Below, one piece after another: positions 55,127 to 64,000 of a stretch of 64,000 nt of DNA. The translations under genes and the position numbers were made by a program. Location: assembly GCA_902780865.1 (NCBI GenBank), contig CACZHC010000048.1, positions 2,890 through 66,889 on the forward strand, in the 5' to 3' direction. Every line of letters begins with the position of its first letter. The first letter of the stretch is position 1. Under the pieces are notes generated by a model that had not been told where the DNA came from, did not search any database, and saw nothing but the letters and a program-made list of their open reading frames with translations. The DNA is from an uncultured bacterium. GTDB taxonomy: Bacteria > Verrucomicrobiota > Kiritimatiellia > RFP12 > UBA1067.

Positions 55127-56367
55127 TTGACGTTCTGTCCTTTGAGTTCACAGCCGGGATACACGAACAGCCGGCAGTCGATAGGTCCGTTGAAGAACGG
55201 AATCCTTGTCCTGTAGTATAGATTGACGAGACGCGCGAGGTCGGGATTGCCGGTGATGAGGCCGCCGGTGTACCCGCCGCACTTCTCGTTCATGAAAGTT
55301 CCTATGCGCTCGTAGACGGGCGCAAGCTCCTCAAACGTGCCGAGGCGGATTCCGTATTCTGGGTTGAAGAACACGACGCCGCGCGGAGACGCGTCAGATT
55401 CGGGAACGGGAGTATCGGCGAAGTCGCACGCCTTGAAAGTTATGCACTGCGAAACGCCGGCGGCAATCGCGTTGGAATGCGCATTGTCGACGGCTTCGGG
55501 CGAGATGTCGGTCGCGATTATCGGAGGAAGTCCTTCCTTCTTCTCTTCCGCGACCGCGTCCATCAAGATTTCCTTCCAAATCTGCTCGGGGCTCGCGCCT
55601 ACATGCTGGCGCGGCGCGACGCGAGGTGCGCTTTCTCCTGGAATGATGCTGCCGTATCCCTTCACCGACTGGAACGCAAAGTGACCCTTGAGCGAGCCGG
55701 GGGCCCTGTTCATCGCGATCATCGCCGCCTCGATGGCAGGCGTTCCGGAGCCGCACATCGGAGATACGAAAGGCGTCTTGCCGTCCCACTTGAGCGCCAT
55801 TATGCATGCCGCCGCAAGAGTCTCCTGCATGGGCGCGGAACCGGGGATTTTCCTGTAGCCGCGCTTCGAAAGCGGCTCGCCGGAAGTGTCGAGGTATATT
55901 ATCGCCTCGTCGCGTTCCCAATAGACGAACACGGCCGCGCCCTTGTTCTCGCCGCCCGAGTCAGGACGGCGCTGGCACTTTTCGCGCATGCGGTCGGCTA
56001 TGGCGTCCTTCGTGTAGAGCGAGGGAATGCGCGTGTCGCGTATCGTGTAGTTGTGGACGATTGAAGAAACGGAGAAGTAGCCGTCGGCCTCGATGAGGTT
56101 CTCCCAGTCTATCGAACGCGCGGCCTCATAGAGGTCCTTTATGTTGTAGCACGTCGTCCTTAGAAGCGGCACGAGCACGCGATGAGCCGTTCGAAGGCGG
56201 AGGTTAAGCTTCATCACGTCTCTCATCGACCCGCGCACGACGACGGTGTTCTCTGTAACTTCGATCGGGTGATATCCCATGTCTATCACCTCTATCTCGG
56301 TCCAGCGCGAAAGTTCCTTCGCACACGAGATGATTATCGGATAGTTACTGTCAGTCCACAGCTTCAT
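55123..56367 (-). CDS. THUMP-domain class I SAM-dependent RNA methyltransferase (RlmL/UPF0020-like)
   Basis: 414-aa ORF. N-terminal THUMP-like region, LAAACIMAL...SPMCGSGTPAIEA (SAM motif I), and VFFNPEYG (NPPY-like motif IV). Confidence 0.75.
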   Translation of the reverse strand: MKLWTDSNYPIIISCAKELSRWTEIEVIDMGYHPIEVTENTVVVRGSMRDVMKLNLRLRTAHRVLVPLLRTTCYNIKDLYEAARSIDWENLIEADGYFSVSSIVHNYTIRDTRIPSLYTKDAIADRMREKCQRRPDSGGENKGAAVFVYWERDEAIIYLDTSGEPLSKRGYRKIPGSAPMQETLAAACIMALKWDGKTPFVSPMCGSGTPAIEAAMIAMNRAPGSLKGHFAFQSVKGYGSIIPGESAPRVAPRQHVGASPEQIWKEILMDAVAEEKKEGLPPIIATDISPEAVDNAHSNAIAAGVSQCITFKACDFADTPVPESDASPRGVVFFNPEYGIRLGTFEELAPVYERIGTFMNEKCGGYTGGLITGNPDLARLVNLYYRTRIPFFNGPIDCRLFVYPGCELKGQNVK

Positions 56368-56422
56368 AGTCCACCCTTTAGACTTTCAACTACTCTGAAC
56401 TCTTACTTCTGCAATTTGAACT

Positions 56423-57517
56423 TCAGTTTATCCGAAGCGGCATGAGAACATACAGGAACGGAATGCTGCACTTAAGCACGGCCGGGCTGTGCCCGTTGTT
56501 CAGGCCGATGGTAACCTCGTCGTCGTCAATCGCCTTCAGAGGATCCATTACATAGGTGGGATTGAACATTATCTCTATCTTCTCGCCGGCGTACTTGATC
56601 GGCACTTCGTCCTTCGCCTCGCCGATATCCGACGCAGCCGAAGTTACGGTGAGGCAGTTCGGCTCGAAAATAAGCTTTGTCGAATGAGCCTCGTCCATCG
56701 TCATGACGCTTGCGCGGTCGAGGGCGTTGAGGAGAAGCTGACGGTCGATGACGATTTGCTCGGCGCACTCCTTGGGAATGACCTGGCGGTAGTTCGGATA
56801 GGTGTCGTCCATCAGCTTCGAGTATATCTGGACGCTTCCGAGGGTGAAGCAAATCTGGCTCTTCTTGACCATGATCGTAACCTCTCCCTCGGACGCAAGA
56901 GACCTCTGCAGCTCGGCGACCGCCTTCGAAGGAAGCACTATGTCCTTCTCTGCGGACTTTGGAAACTCGATTTCGTTCTCGACGAGCGCGAGGCGTCGTC
57001 CGTCGGTGGCGACCATCGTGAGCTTTTCGTCCTTGAAGCTCATTAGCACGCCCTTGAGCGTGCGGCGGGTATCGTCCTGCGACGCTGCATACGCAGTCTT
57101 CCTGAGCATTTCCCTTATTGTCACCTGCGGAACGGTGTACATGTACGCCTCTCCGTCTTCAGGTATGGAGGGAAACTCCGAACCTGGCATTCCCTGAAGC
57201 TTGAAGCGTGCGCTGCCTGCCTTAATGGTCGCCCTCTCCTGGGCATCGCACTCGACTACTATCTCTCCTTCGGCCGCCTTTGTCACTGAAGTGAAAAGCA
57301 ACTTTACGGGGAGCGTGGTTATTCCCTCTTCGATTATCTCGCAATCGACCTCGGACTTGATCGATATGTCAAGGTCGGTTGTAGTGAGCTTGATCGAATT
57401 TCCCTTTCCTTCGATCATCACGTTCTGCAAGATGGGAAGAGAACCCTTTCCTGCGACGATGTTCTGAACGCTCTTGAGCCCTTCAATGAACTTTGACCTG
57501 AGAACCTTGAATTTCAT
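56423..57517 (-). CDS. dnaN: DNA polymerase III beta sliding clamp
   Basis: MKFKVLRSKFIEGLKSVQNIVAGKGSLPILQNVMIEG..., 364 aa, directly downstream of dnaA. Confidence 0.95.
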   Translation of the reverse strand: MKFKVLRSKFIEGLKSVQNIVAGKGSLPILQNVMIEGKGNSIKLTTTDLDISIKSEVDCEIIEEGITTLPVKLLFTSVTKAAEGEIVVECDAQERATIKAGSARFKLQGMPGSEFPSIPEDGEAYMYTVPQVTIREMLRKTAYAASQDDTRRTLKGVLMSFKDEKLTMVATDGRRLALVENEIEFPKSAEKDIVLPSKAVAELQRSLASEGEVTIMVKKSQICFTLGSVQIYSKLMDDTYPNYRQVIPKECAEQIVIDRQLLLNALDRASVMTMDEAHSTKLIFEPNCLTVTSAASDIGEAKDEVPIKYAGEKIEIMFNPTYVMDPLKAIDDDEVTIGLNNGHSPAVLKCSIPFLYVLMPLRIN

Positions 57518-57773
57518 TTTTTTTCCTTTCTGTGCTAAGGACCTGTTGCCTTCACACCGGAGATTTTATCATATTACTGTTGTTTTTTAAATAGAGGAAA
57601 TAATACTTATTAGGTTTGTTGACAATGTAGACAAGGCGCGAAGACCCTTGAAAAGCAATGGTTTCCATTGCTCCTTGGATGTTGACATTCTATTGACTGA
57701 TATTTCATTTTCTTTGATATCTCTTTTTTCTGTAGATAGGATTGTCTGTTGTCTACACTGTTTCTACCCTTTT
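57518..57773. promoter_or_regulatory. dnaA-dnaN intergenic region, AT-rich, with DnaA-box-like TGTAGACAA / TGTAGATAG / TTGTCTACA words
   Basis: gacaatgtagacaagg and tctgtagataggattgtctgttgtctacactg, read directly. Confidence 0.4.
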
Positions 57774-59189
57774 TCAACCAACCATGTCCTTCATTGAGCA
57801 GCCAAGGTCAGAGAGTATTTCGTCGAGAGAAGTCCTGAGTTCTGGTTCTACGTCGAGTCGCTTCGCTATGTTCTTTACTCCATGTATTATTGTGGCGTGG
57901 CTCTTCTCGAACTTCTTCGCTATCTCCGGAAGGCTTCTTGTGGTGAACTTGCGAGAGATGTACATTGCGAGCTGGCGAGGAGTCACGATCGACTGCGTGC
58001 GCTCCGGAGAAAGTATCTGCTGTATGCTGACTGCATACTTCTTGCAAACGCAGTTCTGCACTTCTTCGACTGTGAGTTTCTTCCTGCTCTTTTCCTTCTC
58101 GATGAAGTCCTTCAGGATGTAGGAAAGAACTTCGTCCGTGAGTATCATCGAGGAATCGCGATTGGCGAAGATGTTGACCTTGCCGAGCGCGCCTTCCATT
58201 GCGCGCACGTGGCTCTTTATGTTCGACGCGATGAACTTCAGGGTGGAATCTGAAACTTCCGGGACCATTCCCTCGGACTTCTTCTTAAGAATAGCGAGAC
58301 GCGTTTCGTAGCCGGGAGACTCTATTTCCTGAAGCATGCCTCCTTCGAAGCGGGATATAAGGCGCTCCTCAATGCCTGGAAGGTCCTTTGGAGCGACATC
58401 GGAAGTGATGACTATCTGCTTGTCGGCATTTGTCAGTGCGTTGAACGTGTTGAAGAACTCCTCCTGGAAGTTCTGCATGTTCTTCGCGATGAACTGGATG
58501 TCGTCTATCAAGAGTACGTCGATCTTCCTGTAGCGCTCGCGAAAAGTCTGCAGGCTGTTCTGAGTCATCGCATTGACGTATTCGTTGAGGAACGCCTCGG
58601 CAGTGAGGTAGCATACCGCTGCCATCGGGTTCTTTCTTTTTACCTCGTTGCCGATCGCCTGCATGATGTGAGTCTTGCCGAGACCCGTGCCGCCGTGGAT
58701 AAAGAGAGGGTTCAGTGCCTTCTGGCCTGGGTTCTTCGCGACGCCCTTCGCGGCCGCGAGGACGTAGCTGTTCGACGGTCCTTCCACGAATTCGTCGAAG
58801 GTGTAGTACTCCTTCAGCGGCATCGTCGATATGAAAGTCTGTATTCGTCCGGTCTTCGTTTTTTCAACGACTGTGTTTGGCTTGGGGACTATTATCGCGG
58901 GCTTGGCGTTTTCGTCGAAGGAAAATTCGATCGTGACATTTGGCTCGGCGCCGGCGAGAAGAAAACTTTTCTTTAGATCTTCAGCATACTCGCGTTCAAG
59001 GATGTCGGCAGCCATCTTGTTGAGTGCGAGAATCTTAAAGGTGTCCCCTTCGCGTACGACGGACTGAATCATCGAGAAATTTCTTTCGGCCCTGGTGCGC
59101 TTCGTGTCGCCCTGCATCATCGTGATGCATATCGTCCGCGCCCGGTCCCATAGCCCTTTCGAGACCATGTCTATAGTTTCGTTGCTCAT
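57774..59189 (-). CDS. dnaA: Chromosomal replication initiator DnaA
   Basis: Walker A GGTGLGKTHIMQAIGNE, LLIDDIQF, and C-terminal DNA-binding RQLAMYISRKFTTRSLPEIAKKFEKSHATIIHGVKNI. I prefer the ATG at 59189 (MSNETIDMV) over the TTG at 59222. Confidence 0.95.
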   Translation of the reverse strand: MSNETIDMVSKGLWDRARTICITMMQGDTKRTRAERNFSMIQSVVREGDTFKILALNKMAADILEREYAEDLKKSFLLAGAEPNVTIEFSFDENAKPAIIVPKPNTVVEKTKTGRIQTFISTMPLKEYYTFDEFVEGPSNSYVLAAAKGVAKNPGQKALNPLFIHGGTGLGKTHIMQAIGNEVKRKNPMAAVCYLTAEAFLNEYVNAMTQNSLQTFRERYRKIDVLLIDDIQFIAKNMQNFQEEFFNTFNALTNADKQIVITSDVAPKDLPGIEERLISRFEGGMLQEIESPGYETRLAILKKKSEGMVPEVSDSTLKFIASNIKSHVRAMEGALGKVNIFANRDSSMILTDEVLSYILKDFIEKEKSRKKLTVEEVQNCVCKKYAVSIQQILSPERTQSIVTPRQLAMYISRKFTTRSLPEIAKKFEKSHATIIHGVKNIAKRLDVEPELRTSLDEILSDLGCSMKDMVG

Positions 59190-59222
59190 CTTAAACCTAT
59201 TTCTCCAAAGTGATGTGAGCAA

Positions 59223-59335
59223 TATAGCAAAAACACCGCCGAACCGTCATTCGAAAAAAATCTTCTTATGTCTACCACTTATCTACAACGAATGTTGATA
59301 ACTTTTTTGATGGCATTGTGCCACGGGCTGAGAAT
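59223..59335. promoter_or_regulatory. dnaA upstream region with DnaA-box-like TTATCTACA and TGTTGATAA
   Basis: ccacttatctacaacgaatgttgataac. Confidence 0.45.
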
Positions 59336-61309
59336 TTAATGTTTGCCGCGCTTGATGATCACCGCGAGGATTGCAATGTCTGCGGGATTGACTCCGGAAA
59401 TGCGAGCTGCCTGGGCTAGTGTTTCTGGGCGCCATTTCTTCAGCTTCTCTCGACTCTCGTACCTAACCGACGCGCACTTGTCATAATCCAGCCACTTCGG
59501 AATCTCGATAGCTTCATCAATCTTCGCCTTTTCTGCCGCTTTCCTCTCCTGTTCTATGTACGGCGCATAGTGTCGCATAATATTTAATTCGTTCTCAATC
59601 TCCTCTTCGGTGAACCAACGAGAGATTGGTGCTTTTGTGCCTGCGGCTTTTGAGCTAACGGCATTGGCGAGATAGTCTTTTACTTTTGAGACGGCCTCCA
59701 AGTAATCCGGTGGTTGTATTTTTATCTTCTTTGCTGCGTCCAGCAACCTAAACCTCGCATTGTCCTGTCGCAGAATCAATCGACGCTCTGCCCTGCTTGT
59801 GAACATCCTATATGGCTCGTCAGTACCTTTCGTCACAAGGTCGTCTATCAGCACCCCGATGTAGGCATCTTGCCGGCTAAGAATAAGAGGTGTTTCGCCT
59901 TTGACCTTCAGAGCGGCATTTATCCCTGCCATTATTCCCTGGGCTGCGGCTTCTTCATATCCCGTAGTGCCGTTGATCTGCCCTGCAAAGAATAGCCCAT
60001 CGATTCGCTTTGATTCAAGAGAATGTTTCAGTTCGCGGGAATCAATACCGTCATATTCGATTGCATACGCATAAGCAAGGAATTCGGCGTGCTCAAGACC
60101 AGGTACCGATCTAACCATCTTCTCTTGGATATCGCGAGGCAAACTACAGGATAGCCCATTAGGATAAATAACTTCGCCCTTGGAATCCTCTGGCTCAAGC
60201 ATCACATGGTGCTGCTTAGCACCTACAAATCTGACAATTTTATCCTCAATTGACGGGCAATAACGCACTCCCGCACCCTCAATTGCGCCGCCGTAGAGTG
60301 CAGAAGCATCGAGATTCTCCCTTATAATTCTATGTGTTTCTTCCGTAGTATGGGTCATCCAGCAAGGCAGTTCACCAAGCGATTGTTCCACGTGGAACAT
60401 TTCGTTCGGTTCAGATTTTAACGCAGAGACGCTAAGACGCGGAGTACGCAGAGATTGCTTTGAGCCGTGTTCCACGTGGAACAATTTATCTTCTCCAACT
60501 TTCCCAACATAACTTCTGAAAACCTTTGCGTACTCTGCGTCTTCGCGCCTCTGCGTTAAAGATTGAACATCAGAATGTTCCACGTGGAACAATGGCCGAG
60601 GATTCTCGCCGTCCTGACGCTGGCAGGCGTCGAAGTTGCAGCTTGAAGCCTTTAGCCGGGGCGGGGTGCCTGTTTTTAGCCGAATAAGCGAAAAACCGAG
60701 CTTTGTGAGGCAGTCTGACAGCAAATTTACTGCTGGACGGCCGTCTCCGCCTGATTCCTGGCACTCTTTTCCGATCCAGACTCTGCCCCTTAGGGTGGTT
60801 CCGGCTGTCAAAACGACTGCCTTTGAGGCGATTAAGCCGTTGTGCTCGGTAACTACACCAGAGAGTTTATAGGAATTATTATCATCGCCGCCGACTGAGT
60901 TGCCGCTGGCTGATGGTTCGGTAACAAGTCCAATAACGGCATCTTCGATAACGCTTAGGTTAGGCTGTGTGGCGATTACCTGCTGCATCCTCAAGGTGTA
61001 TTCTGCCTTGGCGCATTGAGTTCTTGTTGCTTGTACAGCCGGACCACGACTTGAATTGAGCGTTTTGGCCTGAAGGGCGGTGGCGTCGGCGTTTTTTCCC
61101 ATTTCGCCACCAAGTGCATCGAGTTCATAGACGAGATGACTCTTGGCGAGACCACCGATTGAGGGGTTGCATGGCATCTTTGCGATACTGTCTACTTTGG
61201 CGGTGATGAGGAGGGTATTGAGCCCCATCCGCGCCGCTGCGAGAGCTGCTTCAGCCCCTGCATGGCCACCGCCAACCACAATAATATCAGTATCTATCAA
61301 CACGCTCAT
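59336..61309 (-). CDS. mnmG: tRNA uridine 5-carboxymethylaminomethyl modification enzyme MnmG (GidA) with a repeat-derived insertion of about 70 aa
   Basis: [19 protein letters not shown] (FAD site) and [15 protein letters not shown]. 657 aa, versus the roughly 620-630 usual for the family. Confidence 0.95.
   Translation of the reverse strand: MSVLIDTDIIVVGGGHAGAEAALAAARMGLNTLLITAKVDSIAKMPCNPSIGGLAKSHLVYELDALGGEMGKNADATALQAKTLNSSRGPAVQATRTQCAKAEYTLRMQQVIATQPNLSVIEDAVIGLVTEPSASGNSVGGDDNNSYKLSGVVTEHNGLIASKAVVLTAGTTLRGRVWIGKECQESGGDGRPAVNLLSDCLTKLGFSLIRLKTGTPPRLKASSCNFDACQRQDGENPRPLFHVEHSDVQSLTQRREDAEYAKVFRSYVGKVGEDKLFHVEHGSKQSLRTPRLSVSALKSEPNEMFHVEQSLGELPCWMTHTTEETHRIIRENLDASALYGGAIEGAGVRYCPSIEDKIVRFVGAKQHHVMLEPEDSKGEVIYPNGLSCSLPRDIQEKMVRSVPGLEHAEFLAYAYAIEYDGIDSRELKHSLESKRIDGLFFAGQINGTTGYEEAAAQGIMAGINAALKVKGETPLILSRQDAYIGVLIDDLVTKGTDEPYRMFTSRAERRLILRQDNARFRLLDAAKKIKIQPPDYLEAVSKVKDYLANAVSSKAAGTKAPISRWFTEEEIENELNIMRHYAPYIEQERKAAEKAKIDEAIEIPKWLDYDKCASVRYESREKLKKWRPETLAQAARISGVNPADIAILAVIIKRGKH
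60381..60592. repeat. Composite palindromic insertion inside mnmG: three TGTTCCACGTGGAACA palindromes interleaved with an inverted pair of family B (TTTAACGCAGAG / CTCTGCGTTAAA) arms
   Basis: tgttccacgtggaaca occurs at about 60384, 60467 and 60573. tttaacgcagagacgctaagacgcggagtacgcagag at about 60417 faces ctttgcgtactctgcgtcttcgcgcctctgcgttaaa at about 60525. Confidence 0.9.
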
Positions 61310-61545
61310 AGGCGATAAAGATTATATCAATTATCAACTATATTGTGAACAGTTTTTTTGATTAAATTATGCGACATATTAAAAGGGGATAAATGACTGT
61401 TTTTTGCAGATATTTAAATAAAAAGTCAAATAGAATGTTTATAACTCAGTTGTCAAGTGAAATATATTAACAGTTATCAAAAACTTATTAACATGAAATT
61501 TTAAAAATTTAGCTTTAGTTATCTTGAGGGGTCAGGGGTCTGTGA
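61310..61545. other. Candidate oriC: AT-rich tract with DnaA-box-like 9-mers at the gene-orientation switch, upstream of mnmG
   Basis: TTATCAACT 61331-39, TTGTGAACA 61343-51, TTATCAAAA 61474-82, TTATCTTGA 61519-27. Long A/T runs span 61380-61520. All genes to the left are on the minus strand and all to the right on the plus strand. Confidence 0.6.
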
Positions 61546-61580
61546 TCAGTAGTCAGAGTTGGAGGGTGGTGGGGTGTCCC

Positions 61581-61835
61581 ACAAAATTTTTAGAAACTCC
61601 GATGGCTGGCAAAGTGGCTTCACTAACGTTCCGCCTCGTGTTTCACGCAATACAGCCATGCTCAAGGTTCTCTTCATAGCTTAGTTTAGGAGCTGCCTTC
61701 GGCAGAGGAGGTCTGGAGGACACGTCCTCCAGCTCAAAACTACTAAGTCTCTAAATGTTAATGGGTTGAAATGCGCGAAGCAAAGGCGAAGCGGTAGCGG
61801 AGCCTCTTTTGCCAACCATCGGAGTTAAATTTTTG
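61581..61835. repeat. Element bounded by inverted repeats of about 30 bp (..AACTCCGATGGYTGGCAAA..) enclosing nested hairpins (MITE-like or small structured RNA)
   Basis: The left arm is acaaaatttttagaaactccgatggctggcaaag. The right arm is cttttgccaaccatcggagttaaatttttgg. The interior carries ctgccttcggcag and ctggaggacacgtcctccag, bracketed by cttagt/actaag. Confidence 0.6.
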
Positions 61836-62020
61836 GTACAACCCCTAACCCTAAAACTCCTACTTCCCAAAACTCGCTGCCCCTCTGCTACTCTGCGCCT
61901 CTCGGCTCTCGCTCCGCTCGGCTCGGTCGCTTCCCCACGGGTCGCGCCCACCCTCAAGGGGCGGTTACGCGTCTCTGCGTTAAAAAAATTCATAAAAGAT
62001 CTCCACCACCACTCTCCAAC

Positions 62021-62107
62021 TCCAACTCTGAACTCCAACTCCTGTCTCCTGTGTACTGACTCCTGCCTCCCAACTCCAACTCCAACTCTGAACTCCAACT
62101 ATACTCC
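62021..62107. repeat. Direct repeat CCAACTCCAACTCTGAACTCCAACT x2 (word family of 53471-53545)
   Basis: Read directly. The two copies are about 55 bp apart. Confidence 0.75.
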
Positions 62108-62181
62108 TGTTCTTTGTGGCTGATATTGATTTAGCGAGGTTGCATTAATCGGTTAAAATTTGATAAAATACACACATTCAA

Positions 62182-63036
62182 ATGAAAGTGCTTTTCCTGT
62201 TCATCGACGGCGTGGGCTTGCGCGCCGCGGCTACGGACAACCCTGTCAATCCAGAGGTCTGTCCCGCCCTGTGCCGTCTTATAACAAAGCACGGAAAGCC
62301 AATTGACGCTCGCCTTGGAATTGACGGCCCGCCCCAAAGCGCCACCGGCCAGGCGACAATGTTCACCGGCGTTAACTGCGCCGCTGCGATGGGAAAGCAC
62401 TGCGAAGGGTTCCCTGGTCCCAATCTCCGCAAGATCATCGAAACGGACAATTTGTTCAAGCAGCTGCGTAGCAAGGGAAAGGAAGTGTGTTTCTCCGACG
62501 CATACCTCGTCGACTCCGCAGAAGAGCTCGCTGCACGTCGCTTCAAGTCGGTGACTACGGTGATGGCGCTTACCACTCCCGAGACTATAAGGACCGTCGA
62601 CGATCTCCAGAACGGCCAGGCCGTCATGCAGGACTTGACGCGCGAGACGATACAGGACCGCTGGCCAGACATCGCGGTGATTCCGCCGCAGCGCGCGGCC
62701 GAACATCTTGCGTCCATTGTTCGCCAGTTTGACTTCACGCTTTTTGAGTTTTTCCAGTCGGATGTCGCCGGGCACTCTATGGACTACGCGCGCGCGTGCG
62801 CGGCGCTCAGGACGTACGACAGGTTCCTCGCCTCGATCGTCAGGTTTACCGAGGCGATGGGCGTGACGCTTGTAATGACTTCTGACCACGGCAACATAGA
62901 GAACATTTCGGAGAGGGGACACACGCTGAACCCGGTTCCGTTCGTCGCCTTCGGACCGAAGGAGGAATTTCTGCGGGAGCGCGTATCGTCGCTCGTCGAC
63001 GTGACGCCGGCGCTGCTCGTTGCTTTCGACACATAA
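62182..63036 (+). CDS. Alkaline-phosphatase-superfamily metalloenzyme (cofactor-independent phosphoglycerate mutase / phosphopentomutase-like)
   Basis: MKVLFLFIDGVGL (metal-binding Asp), SATGQATMFTG (nucleophile Ser/Thr region), FFQSDVAGH, and MTSDHGN, all typical for the Metalloenzyme fold. Confidence 0.65.
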   Translation: MKVLFLFIDGVGLRAAATDNPVNPEVCPALCRLITKHGKPIDARLGIDGPPQSATGQATMFTGVNCAAAMGKHCEGFPGPNLRKIIETDNLFKQLRSKGKEVCFSDAYLVDSAEELAARRFKSVTTVMALTTPETIRTVDDLQNGQAVMQDLTRETIQDRWPDIAVIPPQRAAEHLASIVRQFDFTLFEFFQSDVAGHSMDYARACAALRTYDRFLASIVRFTEAMGVTLVMTSDHGNIENISERGHTLNPVPFVAFGPKEEFLRERVSSLVDVTPALLVAFDT

Positions 63037-63069
63037 AAAACAAAACCAAAAAAGCAAAGGAGAAAAACC

Positions 63070-64000
63070 ATGGCATGTTCATGCGGCAAGGCAAAGTGCA
63101 AGTGCGGATCGGAATTTTGCGCACCGATTATGGCGCTCGCCGAAATCGAAAGCGGGCTCGGCGTGAAGAACGACGTCGTTGCAGTTGCGTGGGAGCGCGA
63201 GGACGGGAAAGTCTACCGCTACGACCTTGAGATCCCGAAGCGCCTGAGCCCCGAGGCGACCAAGTTTGTCTCGTATGTCGTCGACCGCATCGCGAAGTTC
63301 ATCGTGTGGGCCGCGGGCGGCTGGAAGCTCTATCTCGCCGGCCCCGACGCAGTCGTCCAGCCAGTTGCGAAGGCATATACGAAGAAGGGCTCCAGGAAGT
63401 TCGACTACGAGTTCTTCTCCGACCTCTACGGACGTCCCGTCGAGACGGTCGTCCTTCCCCTCAAGAAGATGCCCGTGCAGAAAGAGACGCTCACGAAGGT
63501 GAAGACCGTCGCCGACGGCTGCCGCATCGGCTTCGACCTCGGCGCGAGCGACTTCAAGATCTCCGCGCTCAACAAGGGCAAGGTCGTGTTCTCCAAGGAG
63601 TTCCCGTGGGATCCGCGGAACAACGCCGACCCAGAGTACCACTACTCGAAGCTCACCGAAGGTCTCAAGGCCGCCGCGGCGACTCTGCCGCGCGTCGATG
63701 CGATCGGCGGTTCCACGGCCGGCACGCTCGTCGGCAAGAAGATGGGCGTCGCCTCGCTCTTCCGCGCCATCAAGGAGAAGAATCCGTCCAAGTACCCGAT
63801 TGCGCAGGACATGTTCTTCCGCGTCGAGAAGGACTGGGGCGTTCCCTTTGAGATCTACAACGACGGCGACGTCTCGGCTCTCGCGGGAATGATCACGATG
63901 GGCAAGAAGGGCATCCTCGGCGTCGCGATGGGCTCCTCCGAAGCCGTCGGCTTCATCGACAAGTCGGGCGCGCTCACGGGCCGCATCACCGAGCTCGCGT
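63070..64000 (+). CDS. ROK-family (polyphosphate/ATP sugar-kinase-like) protein with Cys-rich N-terminal extension; 3' end beyond the window
   Basis: My own translation from the ATG at 63070 (RBS aaaggaga): MACSCGKAKCKCGSEFCAP...CRIGFDLGASDFKISAL...IYNDGDVSALAGMITMGKKGILGVAMGSSEAVGFID. It is absent from the ORF track because it runs off the end. Confidence 0.7.
   Translation, partial: MACSCGKAKCKCGSEFCAPIMALAEIESGLGVKNDVVAVAWEREDGKVYRYDLEIPKRLSPEATKFVSYVVDRIAKFIVWAAGGWKLYLAGPDAVVQPVAKAYTKKGSRKFDYEFFSDLYGRPVETVVLPLKKMPVQKETLTKVKTVADGCRIGFDLGASDFKISALNKGKVVFSKEFPWDPRNNADPEYHYSKLTEGLKAAAATLPRVDAIGGSTAGTLVGKKMGVASLFRAIKEKNPSKYPIAQDMFFRVEKDWGVPFEIYNDGDVSALAGMITMGKKGILGVAMGSSEAVGFIDKSGALTGRITELA

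Noticed and set aside
61751-62098. Minus-strand 115-aa ORF in the origin-proximal gap
   Set aside because: Its translation (MEFRVGVGVG...ELEFRVGVGEWWW) simply mirrors the CCAACTCCAACT and family B repeats. It is not a plausible protein.
62131-63642. Minus-strand ORFs 62131..63057 and 63079..63642
   Set aside because: They are antisense to the plus-strand metalloenzyme and ROK-like genes, which have recognisable catalytic motifs and good RBSs.

Overview
High-GC (about 60%) bacterial chromosomal window ending in the replication-origin region. Giant TSP3/LamG surface proteins hint at a PVC-type organism, but that taxon call is weak.

Every credible gene from 1 to 61309 is on the minus strand. 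Genes from 62182 onward are on the plus strand. dnaN, dnaA and mnmG lie immediately left of this switch.

Layout:
(1) 1-24196: one long minus-strand operon of giant secreted proteins. It comprises a 3381-aa protein, a 148-aa coiled-coil membrane protein, and a 1441-aa ORF that appears to continue by frameshift into a reading frame that is open to position 1.
(2) 24.2-46.3 kb: accessory island. It holds two paralogous AAA/DUF234 ATPases, a HicB-like gene, an Avd-like four-helix-bundle gene, RelE(Gp49)/XRE, two VapBC pairs and AbiEi/AbiEii. It also holds an 843-aa secreted repeat protein, a 1282-aa TSP3 plus alpha/beta-hydrolase protein with lipoprotein and paralog genes downstream, and an orphan HisKA_3 kinase.
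(3) 46.3-61.3 kb: core genes. These are an ABC transporter, D-aminoacylase, lactonase, a UPF0210/ACT pair, an XRE-zinc-ribbon protein, a THUMP methyltransferase, dnaN, dnaA and mnmG.
(4) 61.3-62.2 kb: AT-rich, DnaA-box-bearing candidate oriC, followed by plus-strand genes.

The most unusual signal is several families of short palindromic repeats. A 54-nt GGTAGGGGCG...CGCCCCTACC element sits inside coding sequences in a constant reading phase, in the ABC ATPase, a membrane protein, the D-aminoacylase and the lactonase. mnmG carries a composite palindromic insert of about 210 nt, also without stop codons. This resembles Rickettsia palindromic elements.

Other notable signals:
- Island cassettes reuse near-identical promoter, hairpin and terminator modules.
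- 10-bp phased TTAGGGTC/GACCCTAAC arrays surround the four-helix-bundle gene.

Four apparent frameshifts (about 9450, 43050, 44930, 51290) could be real decay or assembly indels.

No rRNA, tRNA, CRISPR array, transposase or integrase was found.
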